A DNA stretch of 59,697 nucleotides, counting the filler, from Sphacelaria rigidula (lineage: Eukaryota): NCBI GenBank assembly GCA_964200075.2. It is 4 parts of 4 records of this genome, joined end to end, with 100 filler letters (N's around TTAATTAATTAA, not from the genome) between each part and the next. Parts side by side here need not be neighbours in the genome. Positions count along the whole stretch, not along the records: positions 1 to 14,852 come from CAXNAA020002016.1; 3 more parts are not named here. One strand, 5' to 3'. Shown piece by piece: positions 1 to 13,360 of the stretch. The translations under genes were made by a program, and so were the position numbers. The first letter of the stretch is position 1; the number at the start of each line of letters is the position of its first letter. A model generated the notes under the pieces. That model saw only the letters and a program-made list of their open reading frames with translations. It ran no database searches and was not told the DNA's origin.

Positions 1-882
1 TGATTCATCTTGCATTTGGATGACAGCCAACAATGAGTTGCTTTATTCTTTGGTATCGACACTTCCTTTGTACCTGTGGGGGGCCGATTTGCGCCAAAAA
101 GCGGCAAGCCGTTAGGACTGTTGTGAGACCTGCAAGGATTCGAGTATGATGGCTCGCTCTAAAAACAACACTCCAACCGAGGGGCCTCATATCGGGATAT
201 CCATGCACCACCCCCCCTTGCCGCCAGAACCTCATTCTGGAGTTGGACGGGGGGGGGGGGGGGGGGGGGTACCCGATTCCATGGGGGGAGGGGTACCCCC
301 CTGATCGCTGGATGATAGCGATAGGAGTTGCTGTACTGCACCGCACGTGTTTGCCAGTAACGTCGGTTTGTGCCGAGTGTACCGATAGGGCAGGTGGTAG
401 GGGTAAGTCGAAGCAAGTAGAGAAGAACATGTCTGCAGAAGCAGGAAGTGAATATCAAAGCGCTGAGGGTACCGGCGCCGGAAATGTGCCGCAGATTCCA
501 GAAGTCTTGCAAGGGGTGAACGTGAAGTGGGCGCGCACGCCTGGCACCGAGGAGTTTGCATGGATCTGCCCTTGCGGGAATGACAAAAATAATATCACGT
601 GAAGTACATTTCATGTTTGCCGCTACCTCGATGTTGGATTCTCTTTTTCGCAACACTACGTCCATAAAATTACCCTTTGCAATCTCTCCCTCTCTTGTGT
701 CGCAGTGCAGTATGACTTGCGATATGTAGATATACGCCTCGTGTGAACACGATTGTCTGCCAAAACGCAGGCAAAGTACGTCATCATCTGCGACTCACAC
801 ATTGTGCACGTCTATAATATCAGAACATTTTCGTGTCGACTGGTAACATCGCACAGTCAACTTACTGCATGTACATTTCAGT

Positions 883-971
883 CATTCAGTAGCAGTACAG
901 AACTGTTCGTCGTACACCGCCCTCCTCCATTCAGTAGCAGTACAGAACTGTTCGTCGTACACCGCCCTCCT
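883..971 (+). repeat. 45-bp tandem duplication
   Basis: CATTCAGTAGCAGTACAGAACTGTTCGTCGTACACCGCCCTCCT occurs twice. Confidence 0.95.
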
Positions 972-3861
972 TAGCATGGCGGCCGTATCACTGCGATAGT
1001 GCCAGGTCGGTAACAACCGGTCTTGCAAAAGCCAGCGGGACTCAATATATATTATCCAGTGATAGCCGCGACCCAAAAGTCACTTTCCAGCCGGCAAATT
1101 TACTCCCCGATAGCCACAAGAACAACTGACATACCAAAACTCTTTGGTTTTGGGTTGCTCACGTTGAGGCGAACCCGGAGATATCTAAATGATCGTTCAA
1201 TCCCGTATACTAGTGGAGAAAGAGGGAGGATGAGGTTTTTCCCATATTGATGTGGCATTTCCCTCATTCTCGACCGCGGGTAGGGGGGGGGTAGCGGTGG
1301 TGCATGGATTTCCCGATATGGGACCCCTCGCTCCAACCATGGATTTGGGGAGCCGAGTTGGAGGTGAACTCTAGTAAGAGGGAAACTGTGTCAGCACCGA
1401 AATGGCTAAGAACAGAAAACAAGAAACAAACACCCAGGGTCGGTTCTGCTTTGTCATCATCCATTTTCCCTTTTCTTCGGCACAAAGGGAATGTTCCCCC
1501 CGGCACTTCTGGTTTTCATAGATTATGACGCATACTTGACCCCCGTTTCGTCAAGGCAAGCTGCAGCACGTGACGCCTACAATCGACTGCGAGAGCGATT
1601 GTGATGTTGCACAGGAAGAGAGCAGGGACGCGCGAATCCAGCCAGAGGCCTGCCTCTCGGGGGCTGCCGGAGGCGGCGGCAACGAGCGCCCCGGAGGACG
1701 GAAATTTGAAGGGGAATGACATGATTCATGCTTCACTTTCCTTCCTTGTAGATGCGCTGACTGACTTCCAAAAACGTGGGTTCGGCACGGGGGACGCGGG
1801 AAAACATGATGCTGTTATTTTTTGTGAACTGTCATAATTTATACTCCATATGTACAGTATATTCGAGTGCAGAATGCAGAACCCGGACCAAACTACATTT
1901 TGCAAGCGGCCCCGACTCGACACTGATGGAGAACAGTTACGGTGGGCGAAAATGAAATGTCTGTTGCAACCGAAAATATGAAGCGTGTGTGTGTGCTTTC
2001 GTGTTGAAATTTGGATACTTCCACAGAGAGACCCGCTGTGAGGTGCTTGATACCTTCGTTATACCTCAACGGCGATAGACACCGTCCCATCAAACGTACC
2101 GAATGAGCAGCCTCAAGTTTGAAAATACCAGGCGGCCCCCAAAAATCAGTTCGGCGGCAAGCGGCCGATCGTTCAAACATTTTTCGACGCTTCGCGCCAA
2201 AAAAAATGCCTCAAATTCGACGCGCTGCCCAGCGCCGCGGTTAATTGCGTTCCTGGTAAAGAGCAAAGTTCACGCGACGCTTTTGAGCAAAATGAGGTGG
2301 TGTGGGATAAGAGAAAGCGTAAAGCGAAGCTTGTCGCTGCTTGGCGTTCATCAAGCACCCGCGCGGACCATCTTCTTGGAGTTGCGAGGGATTGTCGCTG
2401 TCATACTACGTTGCCTTCTACATCATTAACGCAACAATCATAACCTTGGGATCATCAGCATCAGCATTCTACTGCGAAACACCTGGCAGTCTCATATAAA
2501 CCTCGCCAACCAATCTGTTGAAGTCTAATAACGCGCCGGCAATCTTGACTCAAAAACCCAACGTGTCTCAACTTCACTAATAGTACGAACTGTTAAGGGA
2601 GAGACTTGCTGATTGACGCTGTGCTGACATGGAATGCAAAAATCCTGTGCTATCAATAGTATACATCCTCTGTGCCATAAGTAAAGTCCGTCATTATCAC
2701 ACGGACCGTTAACCGTGTCCAATGCCATGGGCGATATATATTTTTTCAATCTTTGGGTTTTTTCAGTTGAATCGAGTCTTTTTGTTTCCTGTTTGCGCAG
2801 CAACCAGCGTGCGCGAATGGTCGATAAACGATCATTCGGCCCAAAAATGGCCATATTTCGCCCCTTTTCCATTACACAGAGAAGAATCCTGGCAACCCGA
2901 AAAACGGCAGAAGTCTCGAAAAAAATATAACTGGCTCTTTTCTCCAGTTCATCGCTGGCATACGATAACTACGCCTAGTCCGAAACCACCCGCTTACATT
3001 GCAGCCTTCAACTACTTAAAAACAAGCCAAATTCACCGAAATTCGGCCGACAATGTACAGATTGGCGAAATTTGGTCGAAGCTTGACTCACTTATTCTTA
3101 GCAATTTCGGCTCAGTTTTTTTTTTAGCAAGCATCAGCACATCAACAGCTTTTAAAAAAAAACGAACTGTAGCGTCGTGGGCAACTCCGTTGGCGATATA
3201 CGATCTGCCCCCCATAACAGACTTTACTTATGGCACAGAGGAAGTAATGGAACAAGAAAGATAGGTGCTGCGACATATTTTTCCAAGCAGCACCTGACAA
3301 AACGAAACCACTTGTTAAGAATAGCCAAACCACAAAGCTTCTGGTGCACCGGCTTCTGAAACGATCCACCATTGCCACAAATGAAGAAAGCCAAGGTGAA
3401 GACGACACCACAAGGAGCAAAAATCACGCTATCGCGGCGGATTACTGGCATACTTTTGAGCTTCCAACAATGGCTGTTCTGCCCAACATACGTGTTTTAC
3501 AGATTCCGGGATTCTGTACGGTACCAAATTGGTGAGTTCTGGGGGCGAAAAAGGCGATATACCTTCTCTAGACTCAGTCCTTCCACTTTTATTCTTCCCG
3601 CTGCGCACGAAGAATCATGAAACAATAACGCCATCTCATCTAGGAGGAGCAATGACGTGGACCTGTCACAGCATCTTTTTCGTCTCGCCGCATTGTCTCT
3701 AGCAGCCCAAGAGCTTAAATAAGACAGCCCCTTGGGTTGGGTTGAGTTCGGTTGGGTCGGTGGGACTATCAACGGCGAACAAAGGACCACTCTGTAGACA
3801 AGCAACAACACTTCGGGTCCAACACAACTGTCGAATTGATGATTCCGGGTGGACGATCTGT

Positions 3862-4333
3862 AAAACCATCTTTTTTGGCAACGAATCTCGATTCGTATAA
3901 ATGTAAGGATTTCGGTCTGTCTCCAGGCGATGATTTCCCGTGGATTGATTTTTCGAATCCCAGTCCGTTGGGCAATGTTTCTCGGCTTGCTGTGAGAAAA
4001 TCAGATCAACGCTCCGATTCTCTGGACGTTGACTTTTGGTGCATCACCTTCCTGCTCAAATCGGAACACTCCCGCATCTCCCACGACTTATAAAAAAAAT
4101 GTGGCAAAAATCGGGGGAGATGCGGGAGTGTCCCGATTTGAGCAGGAAGGTGATGAACCGAAAGTGAACGTCCAGAGAAAAGTAGAGTAGATCGGGTTTT
4201 CTCACAGCTAACCGAAAAACATTGACAACCGGACTGGGGTCCGAAAAATCAATCCACGGGATAAAATCGCGTGTGCAGGGACTGAAATCATCATATCTGT
4301 ACAAATTGAGATTCGTTGCCATAAAAGATGGTC
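3862..4333. repeat. Long imperfect inverted repeat (arms about 230 bp, spacer about 20 bp)
   Basis: The arms are reverse complements; ORFs 3752..4093(+) and 4056..4352(-) give near-identical peptides. Confidence 0.9.
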
Positions 4334-5254
4334 TAAGGGCGTGTCTTCGCACTTTTTATTCCGATCGAAAAAGTGCGGTCGATTTTCTTTGCCGATCTGA
4401 CAGGTCGGTCCACCGCATTATTGTTCCTTGAAGCCTTCAACTCAAAATTATAATTAGCGGCACGCGGAGAAGAATGCAACGAGGTAAAAAATAATCGTCT
4501 TGGATCGAAAACATGCGGTTGAAAGGCACGAAGCGGCACTTGACTCCTATCTTACAGACCACCACGCCAAAAAACACCTGTTCACAGGACCATGCAAACT
4601 CCGTCCAACTCATTCTCAGCTACCACCACAACCCTACAGCATAGAGCACGAGTTGAGCACAGGGATAGATACACTGCAGTGGTCGGGTGTGCTTTGTTTA
4701 TTTTTTGTTGGCGAAAACTTGCGCATCTTCTCTCATGGTAGACATCAGCGACGGAACTGCATGGTACGGTGAGCAACCGAGTTGCGTGCACGCTCATGGA
4801 CAGTGCAGGCAGTACAAAGCTGCATGTTGCTGAATTCCTTCTCACGTCGCATCGTAAGGAGAGAGAACTGATAGTCCTGGGCCGTCTGCACTGCACGTTG
4901 CCCATTTCTCCTTTATATCCTCCTGCACGAAACACGCACACACGCACTCAAGACACCCTGCTTGCAAGCAGTGCAGACATTACAGGCTGTCTGTACTGTA
5001 CACGAGTGACCATGTACCGTTTCACGAATTCCACTGCCTTTTTTTTTAATCGAAAGCTTGAAAATCCATCTGGACCCAACTGCATCAAAATGAGGAGAAT
5101 TTCGCTCAAATCGATTTCATCGCCCCATTTTTGCGATCGAAGAAAAAGTGCTAAGATAGGCCCCAAGGCCGTGTCTTATCGAGGCCAGAAAAAAAGCGGG
5201 GAAAAGAATAACCGTCCCGCTTCTTTTTTTGCTCTCTGCAAGACACGGCCTAAG

Positions 5255-5440
5255 GGCCCGTCTCAGCACATCAGTTTTCGATCGAAAAGGTGCGGTGGAA
5301 AACAAAAATCCCAATCTGATAGGCCATGATTTCAACCATCGTCGTCAATTTCAAATATGGCTGAAATTACGACCTATCAGATCGAGACTTTGTTTTCCAC
5401 CGCACTTTTTCGATCGAAAACTGATGTGCTAAGACAGGGC
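5255..5440. repeat. Inverted repeat (arms about 85 bp, spacer about 16 bp)
   Basis: AGCACATCAGTTTTCGATCGAAAAGGTGCGGTGGAAAACAAA pairs with TTTGTTTTCCACCGCACTTTTTCGATCGAAAACTGATGTGCT. Confidence 0.9.
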
Positions 5441-6105
5441 CTAAGCGGTCTGCTAGGGAACTTGCAGACCAGATTGATCAACCCAAACGATCAAAATTGT
5501 TACTTCCCTTCGTTCGGGCTTGGTGCCCGACCCAGAAATTTCCTTTGAAACTTTCAAACATGCATTATTGACTTTGTGCGCTTTTTTGCGTGATCAGGGA
5601 ATGGGGGCCTTCGCCCCTCTTCCAAAACGACTCCCTGGTACGGCGAACACTCGGCGTGCTCCGTCCCGCTTTGTAGGGACGGACCACCTATGGGATTGAA
5701 GTCGGTTGGCAACGACGCTGTAGAACACGCCACTCGCTGCGTAAGCTAGGCAACCAGGTTACCGATTCTTTTAGGCGCTTGCGCTATTTCTGCGGTAACT
5801 ATAATGGTGGTGAAGATATATCATGTTCTGCGGGGTAGGAGAACCTCAATTCTGCGCAAATGGGATGATCATACTACCTAGTGTTCAAATGGGGAGCACC
5901 TATGAGGCAGTGTGTGCGTGGCTGTCTATCAAAGTGGCGATGCCAAAATATGAAGCAAGTCATTGGAGGAGGCCATCAAAATGCAAGCGTATCAGTACGC
6001 CTCGAGCCGAACCATCCTAGCAGGATACAGCTCACCCTTCATGCAACTCGCCGAACACATCACTGCGCTTCGCGCTTGGTGATTAATTGCGGGCCTGGTT
6101 CGGCA

Positions 6106-6180
6106 AAAACCCGGCGTGCTCCGTCCCGGCTTTGTAGGGATCGAGGTCAATGGTCATCCTTACGACTACGGCATGCAGAA
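6106..6180 (+). repeat. Dispersed repeat family member; other copies at about 5652-5680(+), 20832-20900(+) and 38262-38325(-)
   Basis: Shared core AAACCCGGCGTGCTCCGTCCCGGCTTTGTAGG..GAGGTCAA..GACTACG. Confidence 0.8.
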
Positions 6181-7099
6181 TCAAGAGTACCCCTCTCCCG
6201 CTTCCCCCCCCCCCGGCGCCGTCTGGAAACCTTGGATGTCTCTGGGCTGTCAGCCGGCGAAATTATTCCGAGGCACGACCGGTGCCGCTATTTTGTACGA
6301 TTTCTCCGACCCAATTTCAAACTGCAGGAATCGAAATCGCCCAGGCGTGCCGGAATTCTCTCAAACACGAAAGCGAGTCATTCCGAGATGGCACTATCCG
6401 CTGACCCGTCTCACCACGCGGAAAACACTGTTCAAGGGCCAATACGCCCAGAAGAAATCATGTATTTGGATTCAATAGCTCCTTTGTCGGTACAGAGAAA
6501 TATCCAAATTCCAAAGCACAGAATATGCCCTCGTAGCCGCGCCTCGGTGGCCTGATGAAACAAATGCCGCCATCAGGGTAGAGATGCAGGTTAGATTCGA
6601 GCCAGATGCGTCGGATCTTCTCTTCATTTTTTTCATTTGTTCTTCGAAGTATCTCCTTTGCGTTGCATAAGACGTGAGGAGGCAAGTATCATTTTAGTGG
6701 AAATAGTTTGTATACTGTAACAAGACTCGATGCCGTGCAGGAGTGCTGATCCAGTCCACGCGTTCAAAGTGCAAGACGTGTGGCGGGGGAGAGATGGGTT
6801 GATCCCTTGAGACACTTGCCTTTCCCGAGGAAGGGGGCGGGTTAAAAGTGTGACACAGGGGTAAACACGAAGAAGAAAGTATATCCTCCGCATATGCGGA
6901 GAATTACGTATAGCACAGCCTACTTGATGCTGGGAACCCTCCGTCTATGCGGAGCGTTACGTGTAGCAAAGCTTACTGCATGCTGGGAACCCTGTCTGGG
7001 TTTCTCCGTTCATCTTATCCCAGTGCTTCAGCTCAACGTCGACGCGTAATCTTAAAGCTCTTTCTATAAGCTAGGAGTATCAAAGCCCCCAACGATTGG

Positions 7100-7760
7100 T
7101 TTACCGTAGAAAATGCTGGTTGAACGAACGTTGCGATTGCGGGAAGGCGATGAAAATCTTGACCCAGCATAGCTCCGGCTCTAACCGTATAATTTGTTAC
7201 TTCATGTTTCAGTTCGCGGTCTACCAGCGACAACGAACAACAATTTGTTACCATGACATCATGTGAGCCAAACACCGACGTGAATGGTACAGTCAATGCT
7301 CCTGAGTACTGATACGACAGCTCACCTTCTCCCCCACCAAATCTAGCAATACCCCTTTCCCCTCGTCTGCTGGTTGTATTTGGTGTGGATGTGTCGAACA
7401 GGTCGTCACTGCCGATTCATCTGATGATAAACGAGATGCAATTTGCGGGGCGTGAGCGGGTTCGTTGGCGCCGTGCAGACTTTGTTCGGGTATTGCAGAG
7501 GAAGATGTGCCGAGCTGAGTTTCCTGACCGGGCCCCTGCGGCGGTTGCGCGATGAATCCGTAGATTTTCTCACACAAGCCGAGCGCTTCCATCGGCGGTT
7601 ATCCTTGTTAACTCTGTTTGGTTGGGCTGCAGTGATTGTCGAGCGCGCCCTTGCCAGCGTAGCGGGTTGTACTGTTGTTCTGAAGTGCAACTTGTCGTGT
7701 ACTACTACACTCCCACCGTATTGCACTGTTGTTACTGCACCACGTTGGTTGGCGCTGTCT
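7100..7760 (-). mobile_element. Highly decayed copia gag-protease fragment
   Basis: Remnant zinc knuckle (CHGxNEPxH..NC across frameshifts, about 7440-7480), followed by a protease-like segment VMVTNCCSLSLVDRELKHEVTNY. Confidence 0.4.
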
Positions 7761-8573
7761 GTGTTGTAACGTCTTCCACTATTGGTTGACTAGTTCATTC
7801 AAATGACGCAGATCGCTACCAATGTAAGAAATATGTCCCTCTATTCGGAGCCGGGGACAATGGATTCCGGATATAGAGCACAAGAACAGCGTATTCGGCA
7901 AGCTCACGTCGTGCAGAGTAGTGTTATACCCTTATTTGCGTGTTTTTTGGTCGTGCATTAGCCGTTTTATTCAGACCCGTAGTCGAATGATCACAGTACA
8001 GTACATTACAGTACAGTAGCGAGTAAGTGACGTTCCATTTACTCCACCTGTGATCGACGGTACGTCATCCATTGCAGTTGTGCGTTGTAGACTGCAGGTG
8101 AAACTCCGCTACCATTACAAAGGAATACATCATCGACGCGAAACTTGAACGGGAAATATCCGGGGTAACGATAAAACAGGAGAAAATAATTAAAATATAC
8201 AAAGTTGAAGTTGATAATTAAGTATGCAGAGGGACTCAACGAGAGCAAATGAGAAGAGAAACACAAGAGAAGGCAACGAAATCACAAAAGGGAGGGATAT
8301 CTAACATGAACCCACCAAATCCCCTCAAGACTATGATTTGAACCGACTATTTATTATCCTGTGAGGAGGAAGCTTAGGTCCAGCCAAGGCAAGCCAAGGT
8401 GCAGCGGGAATCTCATTCTCAATGGAATATGACTTTTCAAGGATAGCGAACTACACGGCACAGATCGTACCTCGCTAGTTGCTATACCCACACCTGTCAC
8501 CCGCGGCGTGACGAATAATTGCTACCTAGCCTGTACACCCTCCCCAAGCTTCCTCGAGAAATATTTTCTGTTC

Positions 8574-10182
8574 ATGCGAATATCTCTCGCTGTGCTACAA
8601 GTAGCTATTGCAGCAAGCGCAGAAGCTGTCGTGCGATCGACAGCTGGCACAGGGGCTTCTAAAGGGCTGTGTACTACTCGAACACACATGGCGCTTGTTG
8701 GTGAGAGCCGAGAAGTTATGCAGGTCAAGAAGCTCTCCGAACACGCCATTCTACCTGTCAGGGGCTCAGAGCATGCGGCGGGGTTTGATCTCGCAAGGTA
8801 TGTCAATCTGATCCTTTCGTTATCGCGATTCAAGTGTAGCTGTTGTTCCGCGTGCAGGGATGTGACTATTTTTTTTAATTGGCGCCAGAGCAGCGAGATA
8901 TTTGAATTTGAACCTGATCATCCCTGTCCGGCCAACATATGGTACCTTCTACCGTACGGTAGTATTACACAAAGCGCCTCATTGCCTGTGTTAGAGAAGA
9001 AGAAAGTACTGTGGTAGCCGCCCATTTGTAGACATTTGTACAATGTGTTGAGCCAGCAGCACACTGTCGACGTAATTTGTTGATGCGTTCGTTGTATCGT
9101 CGAAGGAGCTGCCGTGTGGGGAAACTAGTACAAAACATGGCAGTCCTCGTATGAGTACGGTACGTGGTTCCCTCGTGCTCATGACATTCTCTCGTTCTTC
9201 GTGTTCGCATGTCTAACCCCCAGTGCACACGAGGCCACGGTTCCGGCAGGACGGCAAGCCCTTATCAAGACCGACCTCTCCATCGCAATCCCTCCAAATA
9301 CGTACGCGAGAATTGCACCACGGTCTGGGTTGGCGGTCAAGAAGATGATCGATGTTGGAGCGGGAGTGGTGGACTATGACTACCGTGGCCCAGTGGGTGT
9401 GGTGCTGTTCAACCACGGAAGCGAGGACTTCAAGGTGAACAGGGGCGATCGAGTGGCGCAACTGATCCTGGAGCGTATCTGTATGGCGGAATTGCAGGAG
9501 GTGAGCGAGTACAGATATTTGCCATTTGAGTGTCAGAGGGCGGTAGTAAAAAATGCCATCGTGTTGCCCATTGGATATTGCGTCGCTCGATCACCTGGTG
9601 TCCATTCCCAGCACTGCATTAGTCACCAATCCCGTTTACAGCTCGTGCGGAATTCGTTTGTATTACTTTCCCCTCTGTGCGTGTATTCCATACTGTTATG
9701 CAATTCACACGTTTGGGTCCGTGGTGGCGCCCTTACTCTCATGCTGTACACTCCTGAATTGGTGAAGCGGGGAGTGGTCCGTGCACGTGCTCCGATCAGG
9801 CGATTCATGCTTGCATCAAGGCTTTCGGATTCAAATCTTGCTTTTGTCTATATTTCGTCTTTGCAAGGTACTCTTTAACTCGCGTCGTTTCGATAAAGTA
9901 CCCAGTGCACTGCAGTCGAGGAAGCCGCTTCATGTCGTCACCGCTCCATGCCCTTTACCGTCTGTGCCCACCGATTGATGACACCTACCCACCACGCCTG
10001 CAAAGGTCACCGAGCTCTCGGAAACGGCACGGGGTAGCGGAGGATTCGGGAGTACCGGCGTTGCGCGAGCCCCACTTACAGAAATAGTCGGTGTATCAAA
10101 TGGGTTCAAGAAGCTGAAGGCGTCCAAGGTAATTGCAGCCAAACATGGTCACGGTGCGGGCAGAATTCTGACGGTGCTGTAG
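8574..10182 (+). CDS. DUT: dUTP diphosphatase (trimeric dUTPase), 3 exons: 8574 (or 8688)-8797, 9224-9500, 10006-10182
   Basis: The spliced translation contains all five dUTPase motifs: [47 protein letters not shown]. Introns are GT..AG with consistent phases (AG|gtatgt..cag|T; GAG|gtgagc..aag|GTC). The start ATG and the exact 3' end are uncertain; there is a possible extra donor at 10129. Confidence 0.95.
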
Positions 10183-11309
10183 GAAGAAAAGAAACAGAAG
10201 CTCCTTCAGTATGTGCGCACAGGGTGTATTTGTCGTGTGTTGGCACAGGATGTATTCGTCATCGTTATCATAGTACTCGAGTCCCTTCTGTCGTTTTTCA
10301 AGAGTGAACGAGTGGTCAAGTTCTCGGCGGAATGCTTTATCATCGGCATATCAACCTTCGCCAATATCACCTAGAACAAGAGGCCTTACCAACTGCAGGT
10401 CAGTACCCTCCCTCGTTTTGAAATATAGTTGTAGTTGCCCTGCCCCCAGCCTTCAGGGTTGGAGCCACGGTAAAGTTCTGAGAACATACAGGCAATAGTT
10501 TGCTCTATGAGTAAAATATGTTGTTCTGATTAATTTCTCTGTTCCCCCTTCGGAGGCCCTCGATAGGCGGGAAAAACTTGTACGAAAACCTTGCTCTTCC
10601 TGTTACTCCACAAGTACGCAATTCGACAACGTCATTATCCAGGGATCGTCTGTACGCGAGCAGGTAAAAACTGAGCCGTTTCGGTGTATCAGATATTTTT
10701 GCGGGCCGTACGTGGGGGATGTTGACCGCCGGATTATGAATTTTCAATCGCTGCGCAAATCGAAAATTTATCATATTGCAATTCTTCAACCTGCTGTACC
10801 AGCATCCCCCTCGAATCGGAACGGAAGTAGATCAATTCCCGAAGGTATTCCTGAGCATCACTGCGGCTACCATGTTGAGCAACGTGGTGTAGTTCCATCT
10901 GTTTGATGTATGGTACACGCTGTCACGCCAGTTGGCACAGATTTTTTTATTATTTATGAACTCAATAATGATATATGACTGCAGTACCTCAGCTGGCCTT
11001 CGAGCAGTTGTTTGCGGACCCAATATTCAAACGTCGTGATACTACACAGCAAAACAAGAACATGGAAAAAACGGGGAGTGTCCAAACAATATGTTACGAG
11101 AAAAAGCATGGTCAACACGTTGTAATTTTTTTACACGAGGTGAAATATAGCTTTCACTGCCCCGGGTTGATTCGTACTGTAGGCGCAGAGTGTCTGAGAT
11201 GGCACGCAAACGAGACCTCCAGCGCGCCACGGCGTCGCGCTTGTAGAAAACGTCAGTCCCGGCTGAGGATATTGTACTCTGAGAGCAAGTGAACCGGTTC
11301 TCGACAGAA

Positions 11310-11950
11310 AAACGCGATTTCACTGCTCAATTTGAAGCTGTTTTCCATGAAATTCTGACACGATATACATGGATTATATATGGAGCCCCTACCGTTTGCT
11401 ACTCTTTTTTTTATATTATTTTCCTCGTCTGCTATTGGTGATCTAAATTTCGCAACAATTTTTCGTGGTACAAAAGCGTCGACAACCCATTGGAAAAAAA
11501 GAAGTCAAGGGGGGACAATGAGGAAGGACTTCACAACATACCTCATGCGCATCGTGTCGGAATTTCGTGAAGAAATACTTGAAATTGAACGGCATAACCG
11601 CGTTTCACTTTTTTATGGCTGGTAGTTCTCCACATAGGAAGCAGTCTTGGGCACGAACACGCGATTTAGCTCCTCAATTTCAGGTCGTTTTCTATGAAAT
11701 TTTGAGACGATGTACAGAATGTATGTGCAAAGACGCCCCCATTTTCCCCGTGCATTTCTTGTTTTTTCTTCGTGAGTCGGCGACCAAACATTTCAGAACA
11801 GTTTTTTCGGAGCAAAATCGTGAATAACTCCAAAACAAGAAGAAAAAAATGTACGGGGCAAATGGGGGCGTCTTCGCACATACGTCGTGAACATCATGTC
11901 AGAATTTCATAAAAAACGACCCAAAATTGAGCTGCTAAATCGCGTGTTCA
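11310..11950. repeat. Two tandem related palindromic units (about 11310-11607 and 11655-11949), foldback-like
   Basis: GAACACGCGATTTAGC..AGACGCCCCCATTT pairs with AAATGGGGGCGTCT..GCTAAATCGCGTGTTC. A more diverged pair lies just upstream. Confidence 0.8.
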
Positions 11951-12299
11951 CTTCCCTGTCCGCGTCTTGGGCGGCCCAGCCTGTATTTCGAGGGTGCTGC
12001 GAAGACATCGGTTTTGGGCTCTGCTCCGAGAGATCACGAAAGCGACAAAAAAAAACGTTCAGAAAAAGTCGCTGAAGTGCACATGGTACTCCACTTTTCC
12101 TCGAATCGGGCTTATACAGTGGACCAGAGGAGGTATTTCCCATGTTTCAAGGCTTCCGAAATGCGATGCGATAATCCTCTTCCTTCACCTGACTTGAATT
12201 TCACGTTGTTTATTTATAGTCAGTCATCTTTCCCATGACGTTTCCGTCCTTATGTCTACGTGCAGATGATCACGTTGGCGTTCCATCGCAGATGAAGGA

Positions 12300-13360
12300 G
12301 AGAATGTTTCTTTCTCTTTTCCCGTACGCAACATATTCCCCACCGTATTTATTACTTGACTCTAAGTGTCGGGTCTCATGGCTAATTGCCGCAGTGCCTG
12401 TTGCAAGCATGAAAGGCGTCTCAGTAACTCCACAGCCAAGTCGCTGTTGATGAGTGTCCGTAAACCTTGTGTCATTGATCAAATTATGCGCAATACTATC
12501 GTCAGGTCTACATAGATTTGGGATGAGTCCGAAAGGTGCCCCACGACTACTTCCAAGTCTCACTAGTAAGTCTCAGGCTCGTTGGAAGCGTGGAAAATAC
12601 TCCGTTGACCATCAGGTATCCGATCAGCATTTGACTGCTGCCTGCACGCTTGAACATTTCACAATCGTTTGTGTCGCGTCAGCGTCCCCGCTCAAGGCCT
12701 GTGCCGTTGACCTCCCCAACATCCACAAACGACGCAATGAGTATGAGCATAAGTGTGACTTGAGATCTCATTCTTGTGTTGGAGTACCGTACGCAAAGTT
12801 TCGTCCGATTCTCTGTTGACATCCTGCTATACGATCTTATACACATATCAAATGGATGTTGGCTATTGTTTGTTCGGTAGAAATCATGTGCCTCACCAGG
12901 ACTGTTTGCTTTAGAAGCTTCGGCACTCTCTCGTGACACGATTTTGACGAGAGATCGGTTGTTCTCTCCAGATATCATGTGCGCGTGCCTTGGAAGTCTA
13001 ACAAGGAATGCTTGTTCATCTCCACAACCGAGGTCGGTCTTCATGGCTGCTTCACTACTTTGACGTTGTTGTGGTTAAGCGGTCAAGCGGACCGCTGCTG
13101 TTCGACTAATTTGACACGTTCTGTCGACTCCTTGGGTTGCTGTGCTTGCTCCACGTTCAGCCAGTGACTCCAATCGGCGCAGATTACGTGGCGTACCTGC
13201 TGGAGCTTTTGCGGCTGGTGGCTGATATTTTGGGTGTGAAAACTACTTCAGAAGTTATGATGCCGGTAAGGAGTACCATGCTTGCACCGCAGGTCGAACG
13301 TGAGTGTCGGAGACTTCCAGATGGCATCGGTATAGTCCACTTTGTTCGCTCCCATCTTAG
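12300..13360 (-). pseudogene. Probable decayed hAT-like transposase
   Basis: Motif remnants in hAT order across frameshifts: BED-finger-like IWK..RCKH, CxxH-like YAHT/..FVDVG (about 12720-12755), and LVRLGSSR/WGTF (TRW motif, about 12535-12570). Confidence 0.4.

Noticed and set aside
181-1330. Inverted match of about 32 bp (181-212 vs 1296-1327) as the TIRs of an element
   Set aside because: No TSD or clear termini found.
243-1837. Possible exons (e.g. KWARTPGTEEFAWICPCG; 1614-1837)
   Set aside because: I could not build a consistent splice chain or recognise a domain.
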